Made by a program: the position numbers and the translations under genes
In this document: piece after piece, positions 17,951 to 27,000 of the stretch
How positions within the stretch are numbered: the first letter of the stretch is position 1
Layout: the number at the start of each line of letters is the position of its first letter
Notes under the pieces: generated by a model
Databases searched by the model: none
Told to the model about the DNA's origin: nothing
Seen by the model: only the letters and a program-made list of their open reading frames with translations
From: an uncultured Pseudomonadota bacterium
Lineage (GTDB): Bacteria > Oederibacteriota > Muellerivitia > Muellerivitales > Muellerivitaceae
DNA: 64,000 nucleotides
Direction of reading: 5' to 3'
NCBI GenBank assembly: GCA_963770835.1
Contig: CAVYRH010000004.1
Coordinates: 644,764-708,763 of the forward strand

Positions 17951-18076
17951 GGCAGCACCTCCTTACACCATTCTAAAGCCCTGTCCCCCCAGTGGGGACC
18001 ATGGGATTGAAATTTCTGAAAAACGAAAGGCGAAATAGGTGCCCCCCAGCTTTCGTTTTTGTTAGGAAAGGTGAAA

Positions 18077-18092
18077 CCTGAGCCGGGTCATA
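18077..18092. promoter_or_regulatory. TATGA-N6-TCATA-like site
   Basis: CCTGA GCCGGG TCATA; TACATT at 18114, 21 nt downstream. Confidence 0.6.
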
Positions 18093-18152
18093 TGCATCCG
18101 GAAAAATTGGAAATACATTAAATTAAAGCCAAAGTTCAAGGAGGAAAGAACC

Positions 18153-18332
18153 ATGGTGAAGACAATCGCCAAGCCAAAAACGGCTAAGGCCAAAGAAGCG
18201 GTTTCAAGGGAAGAACTGGAAGTGGCCGCTTATTACCACTGGCTGAATAGGGGTTGCCCCAACGACGATCCGCTGACCGATTGGGTTGAAGCGGAGGAAA
18301 AGTTAAACAAGGACGGTTCGCCGAGAAAATAA
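18153..18332 (+). CDS. DUF2934-family small protein (59 aa, below ORF-track cutoff)
   Basis: AAGGAGG RBS; MVKTIAKPKTAKAKEAVSREELEVAAYYHWLNRGCPNDDPLTDWVEAEEKLNKDGSPRK*. Confidence 0.8.
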   Translation: MVKTIAKPKTAKAKEAVSREELEVAAYYHWLNRGCPNDDPLTDWVEAEEKLNKDGSPRK

Positions 18333-18390
18333 GCGGCCTGGCGAAGAAAAACAAGGAGGCCGCGAAGCCAAGAAGCGAAGGAGGCGGACC

Positions 18391-18711
18391 ATGGAGACGA
18401 CTCTCGACGGGTTCGCGCGGCGCATGGCGGGGTGGCTTTGGGCCCCCCCGCAGGGCATGCCGCTGGAAGAGTTGGAATACGCCGAGTGGATCAAGCCGGA
18501 AGGCAGGCCCGTCAAGCATAAGGGATGGAAGCAACCCCTTGAGGGACGGGGCTCCCGGTCGCCGATTCCCAAGCATATTGAGGAGTTCTACCACCGGGGC
18601 GCTTATGAACAACACGAAATTCACACGCGTTCCCCTAAAAAAGCAGTCCTTCGCTTCCAAGGCAAGGGCTCCAAGATCGAAAGGCGCGAAGGGAAAAGAG
18701 TCAAAAAATAA
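18391..18711 (+). CDS. Hypothetical protein
   Basis: AAGGAGG RBS, 106 aa, followed by a terminator-like hairpin; no family recognised. Confidence 0.55.
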   Translation: METTLDGFARRMAGWLWAPPQGMPLEELEYAEWIKPEGRPVKHKGWKQPLEGRGSRSPIPKHIEEFYHRGAYEQHEIHTRSPKKAVLRFQGKGSKIERREGKRVKK

Positions 18712-18799
18712 AACCTAAGCGGATCTGACGTCCCGCGAAAAGTCTCTGGCAGTTGAAACCTTTGAAGAATCTGGAAATTGTATTAAGAGGTGGCGATAG

Positions 18800-18830
18800 G
18801 CCCCGGGGAATTTCATCTCCGGGGCTTTTT
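18800..18830 (+). terminator. Intrinsic terminator
   Basis: GCCCCGG...CCGGGGC stem followed by TTTTTATTTT. Confidence 0.65.
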
Positions 18831-18833
18831 ATT

Positions 18834-19928
18834 TTAGGAAGACGCTGGCTGGTAAATGCAATAAGGATCGGCAGCCATGACGTTGCCGGCCATGGCGTAG
18901 GCCCGGGCGCGGGAACCGCCGCAGTAATAGCGATAATCGCAACGGCCGCACTTGCCCTGCAGGGAGTCGGCGTCCCGAAGGCGCTGGAACAGCGGGCTGG
19001 TTTGGTAGATATCCGCCAAGGGAAGATCCTTAATATTGCCCCCGGAGACGGGTAGGAAGCCGCTGGGGCAGACTTCGCCGGTGTTGGAGATGAACACGAA
19101 GCCCCGGGCGTCGGATACTCCCCGGGCCACCCGGAGAAGAACCGGGTTGGGGTGGGAGGCCACCACTCCCGGCAATTGATCGGGAGTTACGCCGTAACGC
19201 TGCAGGATGATCCTCCGGAAATGGTGGGCCTCGGTCGTCTTGATGTCAAACCAGCCCAGCTCCAGGAGCTCGAACAACTGGTTCAAAATCTCCTCTGTTT
19301 CCACGGCGGTCAGGGCCTGGTCTTGGTGGGCCCGCCCGGTGGGCACCAGGAAGAAAACCGACCAAAGGTCCACGGAGAAGGATTTGATCAGCCGGGCCAT
19401 ATCCCAAACCTGGTCCCGGTTATGCCGGCCCATGGTGGTGTTGATCTGAAGGTGGATTCCCAATTGGCGGATCCGCTCCGCGGCCTGGATCAGGCGCTCA
19501 AAAGTGCCGGGAACTCCCCGGAAGCTGTCGTGGGTGTAAGGGTCGGCGCCGTCCAGGGAAAGGGAAATACGGTGGACGCCCGCGTCTCGCAGTTTTTTAA
19601 GATTTTCCACCGTCAGCAAGGGTGTGACCGAAGGGGCTAAGGCGAAATTGAGGCCCTTGCGGGAACACTCCCGGACCAGGGCCATCAAGTCCGCCCGCTT
19701 CAAAGGATCCCCCCCCGTCATGACAAAAAGAGGGACCTTCCAGTCGGCGATCTGGTGGATGAGCCGAAGGGCCTGCTCGGTGTCCAATTCCCCCGGGTTT
19801 TGCCCGGCTTGGGCGTCGGCACGGCAATGTACGCAGGCCAAATCACAGGCGCGGGTGACTTCCCAAATGGCGATATAAGGGCGGTCGGCGTAAAGATTTT
19901 TCGGCAGGAGTGGGGAAGCGGAATCCAT
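18834..19928 (-). CDS. Radical SAM/SPASM protein, TIGR04053/NirJ/Ahb-like
   Basis: IWEVTRACDLACVHCRA, MTGGDPL, ISLSLDGA, FFLVPTGRA, SPASM CPSG...GKCGRCDYRYYCGGSRARAYA...DPYC; ATG 19928. Confidence 0.85.
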   Translation of the reverse strand: MDSASPLLPKNLYADRPYIAIWEVTRACDLACVHCRADAQAGQNPGELDTEQALRLIHQIADWKVPLFVMTGGDPLKRADLMALVRECSRKGLNFALAPSVTPLLTVENLKKLRDAGVHRISLSLDGADPYTHDSFRGVPGTFERLIQAAERIRQLGIHLQINTTMGRHNRDQVWDMARLIKSFSVDLWSVFFLVPTGRAHQDQALTAVETEEILNQLFELLELGWFDIKTTEAHHFRRIILQRYGVTPDQLPGVVASHPNPVLLRVARGVSDARGFVFISNTGEVCPSGFLPVSGGNIKDLPLADIYQTSPLFQRLRDADSLQGKCGRCDYRYYCGGSRARAYAMAGNVMAADPYCIYQPASS

Positions 19929-19986
19929 GGTCACACCTCGCTGGAATTTGTACGAGTCCAACTTACGATGCGGTGCGGGACTCATT

Positions 19987-20002
19987 TATGACTTAAATCA
20001 TT
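19987..20002. promoter_or_regulatory. TATGA-N6-TCATA-like site
   Basis: TATGA CTTAAA TCATT; minus-strand TAAGTT (19965-19960) 21 nt away, facing the radical SAM gene. Confidence 0.7.
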
Positions 20003-20191
20003 AAATTATAATGAGGAAATTCCAGCCGGTTGAAGCGGCCCTATGGCTGTGGCGCCATGGCTTCACTGCCAGAATTTCCTAAACGCTCCAGGATGACGCG
20101 CTAAGACCCTCCCTAAATCCCTTCGATTTCTTCCATCCATGCCGGGCATGCCAATTGCCTTAACTCTCAGTGAAGGCGGATCTTTAACTGA

Positions 20192-20207
20192 TATGACCAA
20201 TGTCATA
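20192..20207. promoter_or_regulatory. Perfect TATGAC-N4-GTCATA site
   Basis: aTATGACCAATGTCATAt; TAAAGT at 20228 (gap 20). Confidence 0.8.
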
Positions 20208-20272
20208 TTGAATTTGTGGAATTTTAATAAAGTGTCGCCAAGTTCTGCTCCAGAGGCCTAAAGGAAAAAAAC

Positions 20273-20779
20273 GTGACCCGCAAAATCAGTGAACTTTCAC
20301 CCAAAGAGGTTCTCGCCTTGGCCATCAGCATTGAACAGGCCAATGGCCGTTTCCTAAGACAGTTTGCCGATGCCTTTGAGGGCAAGGACCCCCAAGTTTC
20401 CCGGCGGTTCCGGGAACTGGCGGAAGAAGAAGCCGTCCATGAGGAATGGCTGACGGAAAAATTTAAGCGGCGTTTTGAGGGACCGGTCCCGGCCGTCCCC
20501 TGGGTGAATGTGCAGGGCTTGGAGGACGCCGTGGAATGGGCCCACCCCGGAATCCCGGTTTCCGAAGACCTGGAGGAGGAAGAAGTGTTCATCCTGGCTT
20601 TGGCGGCTGAAAAGAGGGCTAGTGAATTCTACCGGCGCGCGGGGTTGGCAACGATGGATAAGTCCCTCTTCCTACTTTTTCGCCAGCTCGTCGCGATGGA
20701 AAAAGGCCACGCGGACTGGCTCAAGGAACAGATTCAAGGCATGGGCGCGAAAAACGAAGCGGTGGGGGGCAAGTCATGA
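20273..20779 (+). CDS. Ferritin-like (rubrerythrin-type) di-iron protein, copy 1
   Basis: LAISIEQ, EEAVH, AEKRASEFY, MEKGH: two E...ExxH sets; GTG start. Confidence 0.85.
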   Translation: MTRKISELSPKEVLALAISIEQANGRFLRQFADAFEGKDPQVSRRFRELAEEEAVHEEWLTEKFKRRFEGPVPAVPWVNVQGLEDAVEWAHPGIPVSEDLEEEEVFILALAAEKRASEFYRRAGLATMDKSLFLLFRQLVAMEKGHADWLKEQIQGMGAKNEAVGGKS

Positions 20780-21249
20780 CCCGCAAAATCAGCGAACTTT
20801 CACCCAAAGAAGTCCTTGCGCTCGCCGTCCGAATTGAACAGGCCAACGGCAAACTCATGCGGAATTTCGCCGGAGCCTTCCTAAGTTACGATAAAAACGC
20901 GGCCGAGAAATTTCTGGAACTGGCGGAGGAAGAAGACCTGCATGAGGCATGGCTGACGGAGAAATTCAAAAGAAGGTTCAAAGGGCTTATCCCCCCGATC
21001 AATGAGTTTGACGTCGAGGGCGTGAAGGAAGTCATCGAATGGGATGAGCCCAAAAGCCTCATCGTCGACGGCGTCGAGGCCGATAAAGTCTACCAATTGG
21101 CCTTGGAAGCCGAGAACCGGGCAAGATTGTTCTATCAGGAAGCGGGCACCGTCGCGGCGGACAAGTCCTTGATGCTGCTTTTCCGGCAGCTCGCCAAGAT
21201 GGAGAACGACCATGCGGGCTGGCTGGAAGAAAAGATCCAAACGGCCTAG
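20776..21249 (+). CDS. Ferritin-like (rubrerythrin-type) di-iron protein, copy 2
   Basis: Same N-terminus MTRKISELSPKEVLALA; EEDLH, AENRARLFY, MENDH; ATGA overlap with copy 1. Confidence 0.85.
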   Translation: MTRKISELSPKEVLALAVRIEQANGKLMRNFAGAFLSYDKNAAEKFLELAEEEDLHEAWLTEKFKRRFKGLIPPINEFDVEGVKEVIEWDEPKSLIVDGVEADKVYQLALEAENRARLFYQEAGTVAADKSLMLLFRQLAKMENDHAGWLEEKIQTA

Positions 21250-21605
21250 TGGGTGTAATCCTAAAAACTAAATGGATGGAGCTGGCGGCTCCATGGTCCT
21301 CACCACTGGCTGTAAAACGCCCGGCTAAAGCCCCCTCCAAGTTTGTTTAAAAATTGTAAATTGTGCCTTCCGCCAGCCCCTACCCCCAAGAATGCTTAAA
21401 AACTTCCTTACAATTGTGTTGTTTCCGCAAGGTTAGGAAGCCCCTAATGCCATTTTTTTCCTGCACAATCTTTAACTTACGAATAAAGATTGAAGTGAGA
21501 AACGGGAAAAATGTAAGATCGTGACAAGTTTTGAGGGTTCATCCACGCCAACCCAGGAACATTTTTACGCTCTAACTTTTAAGTTTTTTTAAGGAGGCAA
21601 TACCC

Positions 21606-21839
21606 ATGTCTAAAAAATCGTTTACCGCTGTGGTGGGGGCTCTCGTAATGGCCCTTCTCCCACTCGCTTCGCACGCCCAATCCACCGGCGGCAACGCTCC
21701 CCTGGGAAGCAAACAAAACCCCATCAAACCAACGTCGATCAATCCTGCGCCTGCCAACGGGAATTCCTCGGCCAAGGGAAAGCGCGGTTCCAAAACCAAT
21801 CCCATCGCCGGAAGCGTTCATCCCAGGACAACGAATTAA
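21606..21839 (+). CDS. Small secreted protein with internal GSKxNPI repeat
   Basis: AAGGAGG RBS, signal peptide ending ASHA, GSKQNPI / GSKTNPI. Confidence 0.65.
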   Translation: MSKKSFTAVVGALVMALLPLASHAQSTGGNAPLGSKQNPIKPTSINPAPANGNSSAKGKRGSKTNPIAGSVHPRTTN

Positions 21840-21958
21840 ATCTTCGGCCTCCTATCCAAATAAGGAATAAGAGGCTTCGTCGAAAAGAAAATTTATTTCC
21901 GCCTTTGATTTTTTAAAACTCAACCTCGCCTCTTCAAATGAAATAAACGTTTGAATCC

Positions 21959-22948
21959 GTGAAGGATGTATCGCAAGTGACCCTAAAATTCGGAGCCCTT
22001 CTTTTACTTTTTATATCCACCCTGGGGTGGGTGTCGCCCGGATGGGGGGACGCGAAAAACCCTGAATCGCATTTTTCCCTTGTCCAGGGTTCAGTGAAGG
22101 TGGTCAGCGGCGGCGGTACGGTCCGTAAGGTCGCGGTCGGCGACACGGTTTATCCCGGGGAGACTGTCCAGGTTGGGAGCAAGTCCCAAGCCCAAGTCAC
22201 CCTGTTCGACAGCTCCACCCTTGATTTGTCGGCCGACACCAAAATCACCCTTAGCAAACTCCAACAGCCTTCCTCGAACGACAAAGTAATCTCCATGAAA
22301 CTCGCCTTGGGAAGGGTCTTCGCTCAGGTCAAAAAACTGTTTTCCGCCAAGTCCACCTTCGAGATCGAGGCCGGAGGCGTGGTCTGTGGCGTCAGGGGCA
22401 CGGCCTTTTCCATGGACTTCGATCCGAAGTCGAACAAGCTGGACCTGAATGTCTTCAATGGAAAAGTGTCCGCCACGAACGGGGGGAATACCCTGTTTTT
22501 CGGCGCCGGACAGCACTGCCATTTCTTGAACGGCCAGGCGACGGGGACCGGCGGCGGATCCAACAACAATGGCACGAAGAACAGCGGGAAGGGTGGAACC
22601 AACGGAGGGAATTCCAACGGGACTGGGGGAAATAATTCTGGATCAAATTCCAACGGTGGCACTTCGAGCTCCAATTCCAACGGCGGGAACGGTACGGGCT
22701 CCAATGAAAACAACGGCGGGACAAACGGAAACGGGAACAACACCCAGGAAGGGAGCAACTCCGCGGCGGGGAACAATCCTCCCAATCCCGGCAATCCATC
22801 TCCCGGTTTGGACACCAACACCTGCCTGGGCGATCTCAACAACCAGTTCACCCAGGGCATCCTGATCAACGGGGATAACAACCTAAGTTCTGCCCAGCAA
22901 ACCGTGAACATCCACTTGGTGGTTCCGGCCCGGGAGGCTGTTCCATGA
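21959..22948 (+). CDS. Secreted FecR-domain protein with Gly/Asn/Ser-rich linker
   Basis: Signal peptide; VYPGETVQVG, LFDSSTLDLSADT, LALGRVF, CGVRGTAF, VFNGKV; low-complexity tail. Confidence 0.8.
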   Translation: MKDVSQVTLKFGALLLLFISTLGWVSPGWGDAKNPESHFSLVQGSVKVVSGGGTVRKVAVGDTVYPGETVQVGSKSQAQVTLFDSSTLDLSADTKITLSKLQQPSSNDKVISMKLALGRVFAQVKKLFSAKSTFEIEAGGVVCGVRGTAFSMDFDPKSNKLDLNVFNGKVSATNGGNTLFFGAGQHCHFLNGQATGTGGGSNNNGTKNSGKGGTNGGNSNGTGGNNSGSNSNGGTSSSNSNGGNGTGSNENNGGTNGNGNNTQEGSNSAAGNNPPNPGNPSPGLDTNTCLGDLNNQFTQGILINGDNNLSSAQQTVNIHLVVPAREAVP

Positions 22949-24072
22949 ACCGGGAGCAAAGACCCCTATGTTTCATCGTCATCTTTTTGTCAGCTGTTTC
23001 GATGGCTTCGGCCCAAAGTTCCGCACCCACCCCCGTCGGAAAAATCGACGTAGGAGCCGAATACGTGGGGTGGGGAACGAATAACACCGGTTCCACAGGA
23101 TCGGAAATCCTGGTGCCCCTGACCCTTTCGGCAATCCCTTGGGGCGGCGCCAAGATCTACGCCCAAACCGAATTCGCCAACGGTAGTTATAGCGATTCGG
23201 TCGTTGCCCCGGAAACCATAAACCTAAGCAACCTTTCAGATACTGTCCTTGGATTTGAAACCAACTTTAACAGCTTTTCTGTCCCTTCCATTCTGAACGT
23301 GGGTCTCAACATTCCCACGGGGGACCCGACTTGGGAATTCAAACAGACAAACTCGATCGTTCCCACTTATTTCATCGATAGCGATTACCGGGGAAGGGGA
23401 TTGGGTTTGAGCTGCCTTTATGGAATTTCCATGTCCGCTGGCAGCGAGCAGTACGGCCTAGCCGCCGGCTATCTTTACTCGGGAGCCTTCAATCCAGGCT
23501 ACAGCTCGGCGGAGGCCGAGCAACTGAAACTGGGTGATTCGGCCTTTCTTTCCATGAACCGGGTTGCCGACCGCGGCAACGGACAGACGGATGTCATCCG
23601 CCTCTCCGTTTTCTATTTCCTGGACACCCAAATTAACGGCTCCAACCTGCTGCAAATGGGGCCCAACCTCAACGCCTCCTATGGCTGGCAGAACCCCAAG
23701 GCCCTGTCGTTTGAGGTGGGGGGGCAGTATTTCTTTCCGGCCCAACAGGCCGGCCAGTCGGTGAACCTGCTGGGAAGCCGTTTCTACGCCACCCCCAGTT
23801 ACGCCTTTGGGGATTTCACCATTACCGGACAGTTTAAATACGTCCTGTCCAACGGTTATTCCTCCAGCGATATCGGCCAGTACGTCGGCGGAGGCTGGCT
23901 GGCGGGGCTGGAACCTTCCTACAAATTCCAGCTGGATAAATCCTCCTCGTTGCGGGTTTCGGCCTCATATGATTACGTCCACGCCACCGGCGGCGGCCTT
24001 TTTGACGGGAGCGTAGTGGACGTCGATTACGGGCACTGGACTTTCGGCACGCATTACGAGGTGAACCTATGA
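22945..24072 (+). CDS. Putative outer-membrane beta-barrel protein
   Basis: Signal peptide, aromatic/Gly-rich amphipathic strands, C-terminal FGTHYEVNL; ATGA overlaps on both sides. Confidence 0.65.
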   Translation: MNREQRPLCFIVIFLSAVSMASAQSSAPTPVGKIDVGAEYVGWGTNNTGSTGSEILVPLTLSAIPWGGAKIYAQTEFANGSYSDSVVAPETINLSNLSDTVLGFETNFNSFSVPSILNVGLNIPTGDPTWEFKQTNSIVPTYFIDSDYRGRGLGLSCLYGISMSAGSEQYGLAAGYLYSGAFNPGYSSAEAEQLKLGDSAFLSMNRVADRGNGQTDVIRLSVFYFLDTQINGSNLLQMGPNLNASYGWQNPKALSFEVGGQYFFPAQQAGQSVNLLGSRFYATPSYAFGDFTITGQFKYVLSNGYSSSDIGQYVGGGWLAGLEPSYKFQLDKSSSLRVSASYDYVHATGGGLFDGSVVDVDYGHWTFGTHYEVNL

Positions 24073-27000
24073 CATCTCGAAAGGCAGCCGTCAGCCGTCA
24101 GTCCTCAGTCCTCATCAAGAACTTAAAACGAAAACTGCGGACATGGCTGGGACTTATCCCCACGGGGATTGTGTTGGCTGCCGGCACCTTGGCCCTCCTG
24201 GCCCACTGGGGATGCCATGGACCCGCCTCCAACCCCACCTCACCCGGGGTAACGCCGCTAAGGGGATTTACTCTTAACTTCTCCGTGCCCCTGACCAATG
24301 AAATCAAGGCCAGCCTGCTCAACGTCTCCAGCAACGAGGTCCTCTACAACGTTACCGGCCCCAACATGTCGCCGGTCACGGGCGTGGCCGGTCCCTTTGG
24401 CACGAGTTCCAGTGTCGGCGCGGGGGAACTGGATTTTCCTATTGCTGTTCCCCAAGGTTCCGCCCGCCTGATCGCTTTTGAACTCACCAACGCCGCCAAC
24501 GGCCAGCCTCTAGCCCTGGGCGCAGTCCAGACCGACATCAGCGCCGGAGGCGTTAGCGATATCTGGGTGACAATGGGTTCGGTCATCCGCAACTGCTACG
24601 CGGTGGATACTTCGGCTTTCTTCCCCCCGGGGCCCGATTCCGGAGCCGTCAGCAATGTTTATTTCACATTCAATAGCGACACCTTGTCCACAACGCCGAC
24701 GGGAGATATGGCGGTGACCACCGTCCCTGGCGGCTTCAGCTTCGTGGCCCAATCCCCCAACCAGATCGCCTACATGGGGAACGGCCCCCTGGTCAATTTC
24801 ACCTCAGCCCCCGGGACCTTCACCGGTTCCGGTCCCACCCAGCTTCTCAAGACAGGGGACGTTTATTGTGTCAGCTTGGGGGCGGGTGCGGCAAACGGGT
24901 ACGCCTGGGTGCAAGTCACAAACGCCAACGAAATCTTTAATATCAACAACATCACTTCGGTTTATTCCGCGGGACCGAAGTTCCTTTACCGGATCAACCA
25001 CAGCCTGCCCTATTTCGCCTACGACGAGACTTCGGCGGACCAGAACTCCACCTGCTCCACGCCGGTTCCTACTTATACTTACATTCCCACCAATACCTTC
25101 ACACCCACCCCCAGCCCAACCGTTACCAACACGCCCACGATCACCGCCACCCCCACCGACACCGCGACGGCCACCATCACCGACACCCCCAGCTCACCCA
25201 CCGCCACCTTCACCTACACTGTTTCCGACACCCCCACCAACACCTCCTCGCCCACCAACTCCCCCGCTGTGGGGTCCCCGACCGCAACCTTTACTCCTTC
25301 CCCCACCGTTACCTCAACCTTCACTTTCACGCCCAGCCCCACCTTTGTGGCGGGCTATTTCGTCACGAGTTCCGCCACACCCCTGATAACGGACCCCAAC
25401 AACGGGGCTTGGGAGAGTTTTGTTTTGACCATCAACGCCACTTCCAACGGAAACCCGGCCGTCAGTTACGCCTTGGTGACGGATTCGGCAAACAGCGAAT
25501 ACGCCTGGGTGGGTCCCTGGACCTACACAGGGAGCGGGACCAACTTCTCGGTGACCCTTACCGGAGGGGATTTCAACCTTTCCAATCCCGTGTCCACCTC
25601 CTTCTCGGTGGCCCTTTACAACGCCGCCCAGAACCAGCTTTTGGCTTCCTGTGTTCCAACGGGCGTCCCCGCCACCCTGGAGGCGCCGGAAGAGTATTTC
25701 TATTATGACTACGAGTACGAAAACGGCTATTACAACGTCATGGGCTGCGCGGCCACAGCGGAGGACGGGAACTGCCAGGGAGTAAGCTTCTATTCCTACC
25801 TGGAAGTCCACGGTTCGAACCCGGTGACGAGCTTGATCGAGCTCATCGACACCTCCAGCAGCGTGACCGCTTTCCTGGGCCCGGTCACGGCTAGCAGTTA
25901 CTTTAACGGTAACTGGTATCTTTCCCCGGCGCAGTTCGGAGTGACGGAAGTGGGGCAGCAGGCCCTGGCCCAGACGATCGTGGCCCAGCTGGTAGACGCT
26001 AATACGGACGCGGTTTTGGACGAGAAATCCTTAGGGACTTTCAGCCTGGAATCTTCCTCCTCAGCCTATATCGCTTCCAGCGGCATTTCCATCCTGCAAA
26101 CGGACCCGAACAACGGGGCCTGCCAGAGGTTTGTGTTGACCATCAACGCCGACGCGCCCACGGGCGTGTTGGAGACCAGCTACGCGGCCGTGACGGACAT
26201 GGCCAACGGCCAGTACGCCTGGGTGGGCCCTTGGACCTACACGGGGAACGGCAACAGCTTCACGGTGACGATGACGGGCGGGGATTGGGACATCACCACC
26301 CCGACCCTGTCCTCGCTGAAGGTGCTCCTTTACGCCGATAACCAGACCCAGTTCCTGGACAGCAATACCCCCGCGGGATCGCCCCTGACGCTGGAGTCAC
26401 CGGAGGAGTATTTCTACAGTGACGACAGCTACTACGAGTACAACGCCCTGGGATGTGCGGTTACGGCGGAGGATGGGAACTGCCAGGGAGTCAGTTTTTA
26501 TTCCTATCTGACAACCCCCAACGACGTACCCGTGACGAGCCTAATCGAGCTCATTGATACTTCTAACAGCGTGACGGCCTTCCTGGGCCCGGTGACGGGA
26601 ACAGGCAGCGGCGATACCTGGTACCTTTCGCCGGCCCAGTTTGGTGTAACAGTAGTGGGGCAGCAGGCCCTGGGCCAGACGATCCTGGCACAGCTGGTGG
26701 ACGCCAATACCCAGGCGGTCCTGGATGAGAAGCCCCTGGGAAGCCTGAACCTGGAATATCCTTCCTCGGCCTATATTGCCTCCAGTGCCATTTCCGTCCT
26801 GCAGACGGACCCGAACAACGGGGACTGCCAAAGGTTCGTGCTGACCATCGATGCCGACGCGCCCACAGGCGTGTCGGAGACCAGTTACGCGGCTGTGACA
26901 AATACGGCCAGCGGCCAGTACGTATGGGTGGGCCCCTGGACCTATACGGGGAACGGCAACAGTTTCACAGTGACGATGTCGGGTGGAGATTTGGACATCA

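Noticed and set aside
21250-21605. Riboswitch (e.g. c-di-GMP) in the long AT-rich intergenic region
   Set aside because: No conserved riboswitch motif could be recognised by eye; an Rfam scan would be needed.
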